46,753 nt of DNA from Acidobacteriota bacterium. Lineage in GTDB: Bacteria; Acidobacteriota; Vicinamibacteria; Vicinamibacterales; SCN-69-37. Below the pieces are notes generated by a model that saw only the letters and a program-made list of their open reading frames with translations, was not told the DNA's origin and made no database searches. Shown in pieces: positions 1-8,905 of this stretch. Location: assembly GCA_024640135.1 (NCBI GenBank), contig JAHEFO010000005.1, forward strand, positions 1-46,753, written 5' to 3'. A program made the translations under genes and the position numbers. How positions within the stretch are numbered: position 1 is the stretch's first letter; each line of letters starts with the position of its first letter.

Positions 1-621
1 AATCAGGACGATCAGGCATTCATGCCCTACACGACCGTCCAGAAGAAGCTCCTGGGACGGGATTTCCTGAGCTACATCCTGGCATCAGCCCAGTCCGGCG
101 ACCGTATTGAGCAGACCAAGACGCAGATTACGGAGGCGCTGCGGATTCGCCACGAGATCTTCTCCGGCGAGGAGGATGACTTCCGAGTGCAGACGGCGGA
201 TGACCTGGTGGCGATGCGCACGGAGACGACAAGCACCCTGACATCCCTCCTCGCCGCCATCGCCGGCGTCTCACTGCTCGTCGGCGGCATCGGCATCATG
301 AACATCATGTTGGTCTCGGTCACCGAGCGCACCAGGGAGATCGGCCTGCGGTTGGCCATCGGCGCGAAGGGTTCCGACGTGCTCTACCAGTTCCTCGTCG
401 AGGCGCTCCTGATCAGCCTGATTGGCGGAGGCCTGGGCATTGCCTGCGGCTTTGGCGCATCTGAATTCGTGAAGTGGTACCGCGAATGGCCCGCCGTGGT
501 TCCGACTGACGCGGTCATCATCGCGTTTGGCGTCGCGGCCGGCATCGGCATCTTCTTCGGCTACTACCCTGCGCGAAAGGCTGCCGGCCTGGACCCCATC
601 GAAGCGCTCAGGTTCGAATAG
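1..621 (+). CDS. MacB-like ABC transporter permease, C-terminal part (5' truncated by window edge)
   Basis: Frame open from base 1 (NQDDQAFMPY...); FtsX/MacB motifs GGIGIMNIMLVSVTERTREIGLRLAIGA and YPARKAAGLDPIEALRFE. Confidence 0.9.
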   Translation, partial: NQDDQAFMPYTTVQKKLLGRDFLSYILASAQSGDRIEQTKTQITEALRIRHEIFSGEEDDFRVQTADDLVAMRTETTSTLTSLLAAIAGVSLLVGGIGIMNIMLVSVTERTREIGLRLAIGAKGSDVLYQFLVEALLISLIGGGLGIACGFGASEFVKWYREWPAVVPTDAVIIAFGVAAGIGIFFGYYPARKAAGLDPIEALRFE

Positions 622-633
622 GCTCCGCCAGGG

Positions 634-1893
634 TCATTCTCGCCTCTCGGCATCGGCGCCCAGGCCTCGCAGGCGATTGACCAGATCGGCGTAACCGCGT
701 TCCACGGTTTCGATCTCGAGGATCCGGCTTTCTCCGTCGGCCACCAGGGCTGCCGCGACCAGCGCCATGCCCGATCGGATGTCACGGCTGTCGAGAACTC
801 GCCCGCGCAAGGGCGACTTTCCGGTGACGATGATCCGGTGGGAGTCGCACAGAAACAAATCCGCCCCCATCGCGCTCAACTGCTCCAGGGCAAACAGCCG
901 AAGCTCGTACATCCAGTCGTGCAGGAGCGTCCGCCCCTCAGCCTGTGTCGCCAGCACCGTGACAAGGCTGACGATGTCGGAGGGAAACGCGGGCCAGAGT
1001 CCGGTGGTAATCCGCTTCGTGGCGCGCAAGGTCGACGGCCGCACGACAAACTCGTCGTCACGCAAATCGCAGTCAAGCCCCATATCCACCAGCACCGACA
1101 CCGTCGGTTCCAGATCGGTCGCCGTGGCGCCCCTGACAACGATGTCGCCGCCAGTGACTGCGGCCACAACTCCCCAACTGGCCGCTTCGATGTAATCGCC
1201 GCGCAGGCTGTGCACCACGCCCTTGAGCGAACGGGCACCGGTAATCCGCAGGGTGCTGGTGCCGCCCCCCTCCACCACCGCGCCCATCGCCGTGAGCATG
1301 TCGCACAGTTCCGCCACGTGCGGCTCACACGCCGCGTTGCGGAACTCGGATGTGCCTTCAGCGGCAGCCGCAGCCAGCAGCGCGGTCTCGGTGCCGGTCA
1401 CGCTCGCTTCGGGGAGGTACATGGAGGCGGCTCTCAGACCAGCAGGAGTCTCGAGCCGATGGCCGCCGGCATGGTCGGTCACGCGGGCGCCCAATGCCCC
1501 CAGAGCGCGCAGGTGTGTGGCAATGGACCGGCGCGCGGGAAAATCGCCCCCAGGCGCCGCCAGCGCCGCCCAGCCGACTCGCGACAGCAACGACCCCATC
1601 AGCAGCACCGACCCGCGCAATCGTCCGACCATGGCGACGTCCGGACTGCCCGACGGGATATTGGCGCACGTCACTCGCAGGGTGGAGGTGCCTTCGCCCT
1701 CAACGGTCGCGCCCAGCGATCGCAGGAGCGAGACCATCACCGACACGTCCCTGATCTGCGGCACATTCCGCAGCTCGCAGGTCTCAGGCGTCAGCACGCA
1801 GGCTGCCAGGAGCGGCAACGCCGCGTTCTTGTTGCCGTCCACCGCTACCTGCCCGGACAATCGCGCGCCGCCGCGAACCACCAGATACGCCAT
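634..1893 (-). CDS. murA: UDP-N-acetylglucosamine 1-carboxyvinyltransferase (Asp-type active site)
   Basis: GNKNAALPLLAA, LRGSVLLMG, NAACEPHV, PAFPSD, DIRSGMAL and ERGY motifs; start moved to ATG 1893, 1 nt after the murB stop. Confidence 0.93.
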   Translation of the reverse strand: MAYLVVRGGARLSGQVAVDGNKNAALPLLAACVLTPETCELRNVPQIRDVSVMVSLLRSLGATVEGEGTSTLRVTCANIPSGSPDVAMVGRLRGSVLLMGSLLSRVGWAALAAPGGDFPARRSIATHLRALGALGARVTDHAGGHRLETPAGLRAASMYLPEASVTGTETALLAAAAAEGTSEFRNAACEPHVAELCDMLTAMGAVVEGGGTSTLRITGARSLKGVVHSLRGDYIEAASWGVVAAVTGGDIVVRGATATDLEPTVSVLVDMGLDCDLRDDEFVVRPSTLRATKRITTGLWPAFPSDIVSLVTVLATQAEGRTLLHDWMYELRLFALEQLSAMGADLFLCDSHRIIVTGKSPLRGRVLDSRDIRSGMALVAAALVADGESRILEIETVERGYADLVNRLRGLGADAERRE

Positions 1894-1894
1894 G

Positions 1895-2836
1895 TCACCA
1901 CTCCCCGAGGTACACGATCTCATCCCTGAGCTCGACACCCCACTGCCCACGCACGGCTTCGCGTGCTCGTTCGATCAACGCGCGGATATCCGCGGCCGTC
2001 GCGGTCTCGTCGGCAACGATGAAGTTGGCGTGGACCGCCGAGATCATCGCCCCGCCAACTGTCGCCCCCTTCATGCCGGCCCGATCGACAAGTGCTCCCG
2101 CGGACCAGGGCAGGCCATCCGGCACTCGATCCCGCGAAGGATCAGGGTTCTGAAACACACATCCCGCGCTCGGCAAGTGCAGCGGCTGCGTGCGCTTGCG
2201 ATGGGCCAGTGACGCGCGTGCCACCGTCCTCATCGCCGCCGGGTCGCCAGGCGTCACCCGGACGTCAACCCATGCCACGACCTCGTGCGTGTCGAAGAGC
2301 CGACTGGTGTCGTAGCCAAACCCCATGTCCGTCACCGGCACCGCAGCAAGCGCGCCGAGAGTGGACAGCACTCCGACCTCCACCACGTGCTCACTCAGGT
2401 TGTGTCCGCCGTAGTGCGCGTTGCCGTGAACCGCCCCGCCCACCGTGCCCGGCGTCCCGGCCCATGCCTCGAGTCCCGCCAAGCCCCGCCCAATCAACCA
2501 CCGCACCAGCCCATTCATCGTCACACCGGCTTCGGCCCTGACTCGATCCGCGCCAGGTTGCGAGATCGCCGTCAACCGCGGCCGGACGACCACGCCTCGC
2601 ACGCCGGCATCGGCGACCAGCACGTTCGACCCTCCGCCCAGTACGACCACCGGCGTTCCGGACCCGGCCGCAAGTCGCAGGATGCCCTGCAACGCCTCGA
2701 CTGATCGCGGTTCGACAAGCCAGTCTGCCGGCCCGCCCACGCCAAACGTCGTGAGCCTCCCAAGCAGCACCTGCTCACCAACATGGCCGGGCCCGACAAT
2801 CGCCTCCAACTGTTTCGTGAACGTGGCTGCCACCAT
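1895..2836 (-). CDS. murB: UDP-N-acetylmuramate dehydrogenase
   Basis: TTFGVGGPAD, LGGGSNVLV, GTPGTVGGAVHGNA, QPLHLPSAGCVFQNP, HANFIV motifs. Confidence 0.95.
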   Translation of the reverse strand: MVAATFTKQLEAIVGPGHVGEQVLLGRLTTFGVGGPADWLVEPRSVEALQGILRLAAGSGTPVVVLGGGSNVLVADAGVRGVVVRPRLTAISQPGADRVRAEAGVTMNGLVRWLIGRGLAGLEAWAGTPGTVGGAVHGNAHYGGHNLSEHVVEVGVLSTLGALAAVPVTDMGFGYDTSRLFDTHEVVAWVDVRVTPGDPAAMRTVARASLAHRKRTQPLHLPSAGCVFQNPDPSRDRVPDGLPWSAGALVDRAGMKGATVGGAMISAVHANFIVADETATAADIRALIERAREAVRGQWGVELRDEIVYLGEW

Positions 2837-2837
2837 G

Positions 2838-4235
2838 TCACTGCGCGAGGGAGGCCAACAGCTTTTCGTGAATCCCGCCAAAGCCGCCATTCGACATCAG
2901 CACGACGATATCTCCCTCCCGAGCCTCGTGGGCAATGGTCGACACGATGTCCGCCACCCCTGGCAGCGCCCGCGCCCGGCCGCCGCGCCGAACGAGTTCT
3001 TCGACGACGGCGTCGACCGAGAGCCGGTCGTCCTCAGGCACCGACGTCCGGAACACCTGGGCGAGTACCACTTCTTCCGCACCCGACTCGTCAAACGCGC
3101 GCACGAAGTCGTCCTGGAACACCTTCCGGCATGACGTGGCCGAGCGTGGCTCGAACACCGCCCACACGCGCCGGTCCGGATGGAAGAACTTGACCGCCCG
3201 AATCGTTTCGAGAATGGCGGTGGGATGATGCGCGAAGTCGTCGTAGACTGCGACGCCACGAACCTCGCCACGCTTCTCGAGCCTTCGGCGCACGCCCAGA
3301 AACGACCGCAGGCCCTCGCGCATGCGGGCGGGCGAGATGTCTGCGGCGTGGGCCACCGCGAGCGCGGCCAGCGCATTTCGCACGTTGTGTTCCCCATACA
3401 GAGGCACGTCGAAATGACCGAGTTGCTCGCCGCAGTGGGTCACCTCGAACCGTGTCATCCCGCCGTGCGGCTGCAGTTCCGCGGCCCGCCAGTCCGCCGA
3501 TTCACTCAGGCCGAATGTCTCCACCGGCGAACGCGCCAGGTGCGCCAGTTTGATCGCCTCGGGACAGTCGGCACCCAGCAGCAGGAGCCCATGTTCAGGG
3601 ATCAGGTTCACGAGCCGGCGGAAAGCGATGCGCAACGCTTCCATGTCTGCATAAATGTCAGCGTGGTCGTACTCCATGTTGGCGACCACGGCGATGTCAG
3701 GGAGGTACTTGAGGAACTTGGCCGTCTTGTCAAAGAACGCGCTGTCGTACTCGTCGCCTTCGATCACGAAGTCCCGCCCCGACCCCAGCCGATAGCTGCC
3801 GTCAAAGTTCGACGCGATGCCCCCCACGAGCAGACTGGGATCTTCATTGGCCGATGCCAGCACCCAGGCCGCCAGCGCCGTAGTCGTGGTCTTGCCGTGT
3901 GTGCCGGCAATCACGATGGACCGGCGGTCCCACAGAAAGTGCTCACGAATGGCCTCGGGCAGCGAGCAGTACCTCACCTTCCGATCCAGCACCGTCTCGA
4001 GTTCGGGATTGCCCCTGGAGATGGCATTGCCGACCACGACCAGGTCGATGTCGCTCGTGATGTGGTCGGCGTCGTAGCCGTCAAACACCCTGATTTGCTC
4101 CCGCACGAGGAAGTCGGACATCGGCGGGTACACATTGCGATCGGAGCCCTGCACATCCAGCCCGCGGGCCTTCAGCATCGCGGCCAGCGTGGCCATGGCC
4201 GTTCCGCACACCCCGATGAAATGCACACGCGTCAT
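2838..4235 (-). CDS. mpl: UDP-MurNAc:L-Ala-gamma-D-Glu-meso-DAP ligase (murein peptide ligase, MurC family)
   Basis: HFIGVCGTAM, GTHGKTTT, EGDEYDSAFFDK, DDFAHHPTAI, FEPRS and MSNGGFGG are Mpl-type rather than MurC-type; lies next to ldcA and nagZ. Confidence 0.88.
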   Translation of the reverse strand: MTRVHFIGVCGTAMATLAAMLKARGLDVQGSDRNVYPPMSDFLVREQIRVFDGYDADHITSDIDLVVVGNAISRGNPELETVLDRKVRYCSLPEAIREHFLWDRRSIVIAGTHGKTTTTALAAWVLASANEDPSLLVGGIASNFDGSYRLGSGRDFVIEGDEYDSAFFDKTAKFLKYLPDIAVVANMEYDHADIYADMEALRIAFRRLVNLIPEHGLLLLGADCPEAIKLAHLARSPVETFGLSESADWRAAELQPHGGMTRFEVTHCGEQLGHFDVPLYGEHNVRNALAALAVAHAADISPARMREGLRSFLGVRRRLEKRGEVRGVAVYDDFAHHPTAILETIRAVKFFHPDRRVWAVFEPRSATSCRKVFQDDFVRAFDESGAEEVVLAQVFRTSVPEDDRLSVDAVVEELVRRGGRARALPGVADIVSTIAHEAREGDIVVLMSNGGFGGIHEKLLASLAQ

Positions 4236-5200
4236 GCGGTTCCCTCGCCCACGGCCGACTCCTCAATCACAAGGCCCGGCGCGCCACCATCACCCAGCAC
4301 CCGCGTATGGACGCCGAACGGCAGCGTCACCAGGGGTGTTGTGGCATGACCGGACGGAAACCCATAGAGCACCGGACCGGCGAACCCGGACATCACGTCT
4401 GCCACGGTGGCCCTGGCCGTGACGTCACCGCCGGCTTCGTCACAGCGCGGCATCTGGCCGAACACCACGGCCGACGCCCTCGCCAGCACCCGCGTCTGCT
4501 GCAGTTGCACGAGCATGCGATCCAGACGATACGGCCGCTCCCCCACCTCGTCGATGAACAGGACGTGGCCCGCTGGCGGATCGAACGTCCATGCCGTGCC
4601 CATCGAGGCCAGCAGTTGCGTCAAGGTGCCGCCAAACAGCGGCCCTTCAGCGGCACCTGGCTGCAGTACTTCGACACCATCTGGTCGAAGTTCCCCCATG
4701 GGCGCCGCACGAAGGCTCGCCAGGAACGAGACCGGGTCGTACGCGGCCGGTCCCTCCGACAGCCGCTTCTCGAGCATCGGCCCATGAATCGACACCATTC
4801 CGGCGCAGCACGCCAGCCAGACATGAAGCGACGTGACGTCGCTGTACCCCACCAACGCCGTTCGCGACTGACGCGCCAGGGCGGCGTCTGCCAGGCTGAG
4901 GTGCGGGAGTATCTGCACGCTGCCGTAACCGCCGCGCACGGCAATCACGGCGTCGACATCAGCCCGCCGCCACAAATCGATCAACTGCGCCGCACGGAGT
5001 TCCGAATCACCTGCGACGTATCCCCGGCGCTCGAAGATTCGCTCATCGAAAACGGGCTCGAAGTCCAGCCGCCGCAGTTCGGCGACGCCCTTTTCGAAAT
5101 CGGCCCGATCGAACGGACTCGCCGGCGCGACCAATCCCACGCGACTGCCTGGACCAACGGGTCGAACCTTCAGCAGTCCCGCCCGGGTCTTGAGGCTCAC
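4232..5200 (-). CDS. ldcA: LD-carboxypeptidase (peptidase S66)
   Basis: RGGYG, GYSDVT (catalytic Ser), IDEVGE, GFPSGH motifs; 4-nt overlaps with both neighbours. Confidence 0.9.
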   Translation of the reverse strand: MSLKTRAGLLKVRPVGPGSRVGLVAPASPFDRADFEKGVAELRRLDFEPVFDERIFERRGYVAGDSELRAAQLIDLWRRADVDAVIAVRGGYGSVQILPHLSLADAALARQSRTALVGYSDVTSLHVWLACCAGMVSIHGPMLEKRLSEGPAAYDPVSFLASLRAAPMGELRPDGVEVLQPGAAEGPLFGGTLTQLLASMGTAWTFDPPAGHVLFIDEVGERPYRLDRMLVQLQQTRVLARASAVVFGQMPRCDEAGGDVTARATVADVMSGFAGPVLYGFPSGHATTPLVTLPFGVHTRVLGDGGAPGLVIEESAVGEGTA

Positions 5201-6279
5201 AACCAGGCCGCCATACGATCTGAAATGCGCTGATGGGCATCAAGCCCCACGCCCGACAATGCGCCCGGGGGGGCCTGCAAGAGGTCGGCGAACCGGGTCT
5301 TGACCCGCCACTGTCTCGCCAGCGCGTCCTCAACCCGCGCCACCGCGAGCGCGCCGGATTCCATCGCATGGATGACGGCCTCGAAGGCTTCAGCCTGCTC
5401 ATCCTGGGTCGAGTTGCACAGCAGCACCGCATCACAGCCAGCCTGCAGCGCGGCCACCATGGCGTCGGGCAACGGCCAGTTGGCGGACACCGCCTTCATT
5501 CCCAGATCATCACTGATCACCACACCCTCGAACCCCATCGTCGTCTTCAGGGCGTCGGTGACGACGGCCGTCGAGAACGTTGCCGGCACGTCGGGATCGA
5601 TCGACGGCACCAGCACGTGCGCGGTCATGATGGTGGCCAGGCCGGCCTCGATGCCGGCGCGAAACGGCACGTACTCCACGGCCTCCAGACGTTCCGGCGG
5701 GTGTTCCACGACGGGCAACTCCAGGTGCGAGTCCGTGCTGGTGTCTCCATGACCGGGAAAATGTTTGCCACAGGCCACGATACCCCCGGCATGCAGGCTG
5801 CGGATCAGCGCCGCCCCACACGACGCCACGACCTCAGGCGTGCTCCCGAAAGCCCGGTCCCCGATAATCGGGTTCTTCGAGTTCGTATGAATATCGAGCA
5901 CGGGGGTGTAGTCGAGGTTGATTCCCACCGCCCGCAGCTCCGCGGCCAGCGCGACCCCGAACGCGTCAGCCAGCGCCGCGTCGCCACTGCGCCCCAACGT
6001 CACCATGGGGGGCCATTCGGTGAAAGGGCGCCGCAACCGCGCCACTCGTCCACCCTCCTGATCGACGCTGACCCACAGCGGCCAGTCGCGACCGACCGAG
6101 GCGACTTCCCTCGACAATTCGCGCACCTGCGCGGGCTCGGCCACATTCCGGGAAAACAGGATGACACCGCCCAGATCGAACGACGCCGACAGCCTCTTCA
6201 CCTCTTCCGGCATCGTGTGGCCGTCGAAGCCCACGATGGCCAGTTGTCCTACCTGACGTCGGAGCTGACGAAGAGACAT
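5197..6279 (-). CDS. nagZ: beta-N-acetylhexosaminidase (GH3)
   Basis: GGVILFSRN, DQEGGRVAR, KHFPGHGDTSTDSH, SDDLGM; start taken at ATG 6279. Confidence 0.92.
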   Translation of the reverse strand: MSLRQLRRQVGQLAIVGFDGHTMPEEVKRLSASFDLGGVILFSRNVAEPAQVRELSREVASVGRDWPLWVSVDQEGGRVARLRRPFTEWPPMVTLGRSGDAALADAFGVALAAELRAVGINLDYTPVLDIHTNSKNPIIGDRAFGSTPEVVASCGAALIRSLHAGGIVACGKHFPGHGDTSTDSHLELPVVEHPPERLEAVEYVPFRAGIEAGLATIMTAHVLVPSIDPDVPATFSTAVVTDALKTTMGFEGVVISDDLGMKAVSANWPLPDAMVAALQAGCDAVLLCNSTQDEQAEAFEAVIHAMESGALAVARVEDALARQWRVKTRFADLLQAPPGALSGVGLDAHQRISDRMAAWL

Positions 6280-6287
6280 GCCGACGC

Positions 6288-6297
6288 CATTATAATG
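6288..6297. promoter_or_regulatory. Palindromic bidirectional -10 element
   Basis: CATTATAATG is a perfect palindrome giving TATAAT on both strands inside the 22-nt gap between divergent nagZ and the GHMP kinase. Confidence 0.7.
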
Positions 6298-6301
6298 CCG
6301 C

Positions 6302-7297
6302 GTGCACATCGCCTGTTCCGCTCCCACCCGCATTGACCTCGCGGGTGGCACCTTCGACATCTGGCCGCTCTACCTGTTCCACGATCGCGCGCAGACAATC
6401 AACGCCGCACTCAGTCTTCGGGCCTCCTGCACGCTCCAGGCCCGAGACGACGGACGGGTGGTGCTGCGGTCGGAAGACACCGGTGAAGAGATTGCCGCCG
6501 CTTCGGCGGCGGCGCTGACTTTCGACCGCCTCCCCCTGCTCGCCCGGCTCGTGCACACGTTCGCGGCGTCGGGCCTCACGCTGACAACACGGTCCGATTC
6601 TCCCGTCGGCGCCGGCATTGCCGGTTCCTCGGCGATGAACATCGCGATCACCAAGGCGCTGTCGGTGTGGACCGGCCGGTTTGAGTCGGATGCCGACGTC
6701 ATGCACACCGCGATGAACGTGGAGGCGCAGGTCATTCGTGTTCCGACGGGCGCCCAGGACTACCGACCGGCGCTCTACGGCGGCGTGTCGGCGGTCGAGC
6801 TCGACGCCACCGGTGTTCGGCGTGTGAAGGTCGACATTCCTGCCGCTGCGCTCAGTGCGCGCATCGTCCTGGCGTATACGGGCGCCTCGCGCAATTCCGG
6901 GATCAACAATTGGGACGTCATGAAGCGCCGCATCGACGGCGACCCGGCCGTGATTGCCGCCTTTGACGGTATTCGTGATGCCGCCGTCGGCATGCGCGCG
7001 GCCCTGCTGGCGCAGGACTGGGAGGCGGCCGGTACTTGTCTCAACGCCGAGTGGCAATGCCGCATGCGGCTCGCGCCTGGCGTGACCACGCCGGAGATTG
7101 ACGTCCTGCTGGCGGCCGCAGGCGCCGCCGGCGCCACAGCGGGCAAGGTCTGCGGGGCCGGCGGCGGCGGATGCCTGTTCTGCCTCGTGGACCCGGACCG
7201 GAAAGCGGCCGTCGCCCACGCCCTCACCGCTGGCGGGGCGACAATACTCCCGTGCTCGATCGAGGAGGAAGGTGTGCGACTATCGAGACTGGACTAG
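6302..7297 (+). CDS. GHMP-family sugar kinase (HddA/heptose-7-P 1-kinase-like)
   Basis: SAPTRIDLAGGTFD, PVGAGIAGSSA, GAQD, GKVCGAGGGGC motifs; GTG start. Confidence 0.85.
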   Translation: MHIACSAPTRIDLAGGTFDIWPLYLFHDRAQTINAALSLRASCTLQARDDGRVVLRSEDTGEEIAAASAAALTFDRLPLLARLVHTFAASGLTLTTRSDSPVGAGIAGSSAMNIAITKALSVWTGRFESDADVMHTAMNVEAQVIRVPTGAQDYRPALYGGVSAVELDATGVRRVKVDIPAAALSARIVLAYTGASRNSGINNWDVMKRRIDGDPAVIAAFDGIRDAAVGMRAALLAQDWEAAGTCLNAEWQCRMRLAPGVTTPEIDVLLAAAGAAGATAGKVCGAGGGGCLFCLVDPDRKAAVAHALTAGGATILPCSIEEEGVRLSRLD

Positions 7298-7306
7298 CGA
7301 TCGATC

Positions 7307-7348
7307 ACAGGTTGGCAATTTCAGATTCCAGATTTCAGAGTGTAGATT
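7307..7348 (+). repeat. Degenerate heptamer tandem repeat (consensus nCAGATT)
   Basis: acaggtt-ggcaatt-tcagatt-ccagatt-tcagagt-gtagatt in an AT-rich intergenic gap. Confidence 0.6.
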
Positions 7349-7352
7349 CCCC

Positions 7353-7547
7353 ATGTCCGTGTCCGCCATTCGCAAGCTGTACTTCAATACGAGCAAGGCC
7401 ACCGTCCAGGCTGACCTGACCAGGGCCATCACGCTCTTCAAGAACCTGACCAGCGACGCGGATCGGGAGAAGGCCGCCGTGTTCATGGACGGGCTGTCGC
7501 AGATGCGCTCGGAGTGGGGGGTGCGACCGAAGTCGAAGAAGTCCTAG
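7353..7547 (+). CDS. Small hypothetical helical protein (64 aa)
   Basis: MSVSAIRKLYFNTSKATVQADLTRAITLFK...; GC3-biased codons, fills the gap between two genes; 3' part of ORF 7098..7547. Confidence 0.7.
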   Translation: MSVSAIRKLYFNTSKATVQADLTRAITLFKNLTSDADREKAAVFMDGLSQMRSEWGVRPKSKKS

Positions 7548-7557
7548 GACGGCCGGC

Positions 7558-7959
7558 TCATCCCGGGTGGCTCAGCCGCCAGGCGATGAACCCGACGATC
7601 AGCGCCAGCGCAACGACGACAAGCACGACCCGCAGAGCCAGCCACGCCTTGCGCTGCTTCTCCAGGAACGCGCGATCATCGTCGGTGACATCAGGCCGAA
7701 GGACTTCGCCTTCATCTGGAACCGCCTCAGCCAGTTCCACGTTGAACTTCTCGACCACCTCGTCAGGGTCCAGCCCCACCTCAATCGCGTAGGACCGAAC
7801 GAACGCGCGACCGAAGAGCCCTCCGGGCAGCCGTTTGAATTCACCGCGCTCAAGCGACTCGAGCACTGAGACCGAAATCTTCGTCGCGGTCGCCACCTGC
7901 CGAAGCGAAATCCCACGGCTGTCGCGCGCCTGCTTCAGTTGTCTGCCGATCTCACTCAT
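7558..7959 (-). CDS. RodZ-like HTH protein with C-terminal TM helix
   Basis: IGRQLKQARDSRGISLRQVATATKIS...LPGGLFGRAFVRSYAIEVGLD (HTH_25-like), then a hydrophobic helix; no periplasmic domain. Confidence 0.8.
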   Translation of the reverse strand: MSEIGRQLKQARDSRGISLRQVATATKISVSVLESLERGEFKRLPGGLFGRAFVRSYAIEVGLDPDEVVEKFNVELAEAVPDEGEVLRPDVTDDDRAFLEKQRKAWLALRVVLVVVALALIVGFIAWRLSHPG

Positions 7960-7976
7960 AGGGACACAGTCGATCG

Positions 7977-8645
7977 TTACTGTAGATGACCCGTTGCGGC
8001 AGCGTCAATTGCGTCTCGGAGCGCGGCCACGCCAGCGGCGGCACCCAGTGCGCCTGGCGCCCGTCCGGGAGGAAGAAAAAGGCTGATCCCCGCCACACCG
8101 GCAGCGCCGGCAGCCACACAGGCCGCTGCTCGCGGCACGGTCAACCCGCCTACGGCAATCACCCGCCCCGGGCACACCCGAACAACCGATCGAAGCGCCT
8201 CAATCCCGCGTCCCGGCTTTGGCCCGGACGAGAAGACGGCCCCGAACAGCAGGTAGTCCGCATCCCTGTGCGCGCGCGCCTCGTCAACCGTGTGCACGGA
8301 TCGGCCGACAAGCCATGGTGAGTCCCCGCGGGCGCCAACCGTCCGCATCCGCGCAATTGGCGGTCCATCACCCCGCAGATGCACCCCGTCGCAACCACCG
8401 GCCAGAGCCACATCCGCCCGGTCGTTGACCACGACTCGCGTGCGGGACCCGGAAGCCGTCTCTTTGACTGTGCGGACCAGTTCACAAAGCAACCGCGCGG
8501 ACAGGTCGCGCTCGCGTACCTGGATCAGGTCGATGCCGGCAGCGACGGCCTCTTCGAGCCACCGCGCCAGCGCCAGGATCTGATCGCGTGGAGAGCGCGC
8601 TTCGGGACTCAACTGGGCCCGGTCCGTGACCAGACACAGCGTCAT
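7977..8645 (-). CDS. Thiamine-phosphate synthase/TenI family protein
   Basis: LCLVTDR, IQVRERDL, VNDRADVA, GVHL, RSVH, IAVGG motifs; start ATG 8645 overlaps the upstream stop. Confidence 0.8.
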   Translation of the reverse strand: MTLCLVTDRAQLSPEARSPRDQILALARWLEEAVAAGIDLIQVRERDLSARLLCELVRTVKETASGSRTRVVVNDRADVALAGGCDGVHLRGDGPPIARMRTVGARGDSPWLVGRSVHTVDEARAHRDADYLLFGAVFSSGPKPGRGIEALRSVVRVCPGRVIAVGGLTVPRAAACVAAGAAGVAGISLFLPPGRAPGALGAAAGVAALRDAIDAAATGHLQ

Positions 8646-8887
8646 GACCGCGCGGACCAACGGCTCATGAACGCATTGCTGAGTTCCCGGACTCCGACCC
8701 ATCCGGTCACCAACCCCACACCGGTCACGGCCCCCCGGACGAAGTGGTTGTCCATTGCCACTTCCAGCCAGGGCCACAGCGCCGCAAAGTAATTCCGGTC
8801 CCACGACACCGTCCATGGCGTCAAGGTCAGCAGAAACCCGGCCTCAATGAGGTAGGCGGCGAGGAAGATTCGGCTCAGAAAGCTGAT
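8642..8887 (-). CDS. Small membrane protein, start uncertain (possibly non-canonical)
   Basis: Frame reads (I)SFLSRIFLAAYLIEAGFLLTLTPWTVSWDRNYF...VRGAVTGVGLV with two hydrophobic segments; GGAG ends 6 nt before ATC 8887. Confidence 0.55.
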   Translation of the reverse strand: MSFLSRIFLAAYLIEAGFLLTLTPWTVSWDRNYFAALWPWLEVAMDNHFVRGAVTGVGLVTGWVGVRELSNAFMSRWSARS

Positions 8888-8905
8888 GGTGGACTCCGGC
8901 GAAGG

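Noticed and set aside
2838-4235. Annotation as murC
   Set aside because: AFFDK, FEPRS and MSNGGF motifs and the ldcA/nagZ context fit Mpl better.
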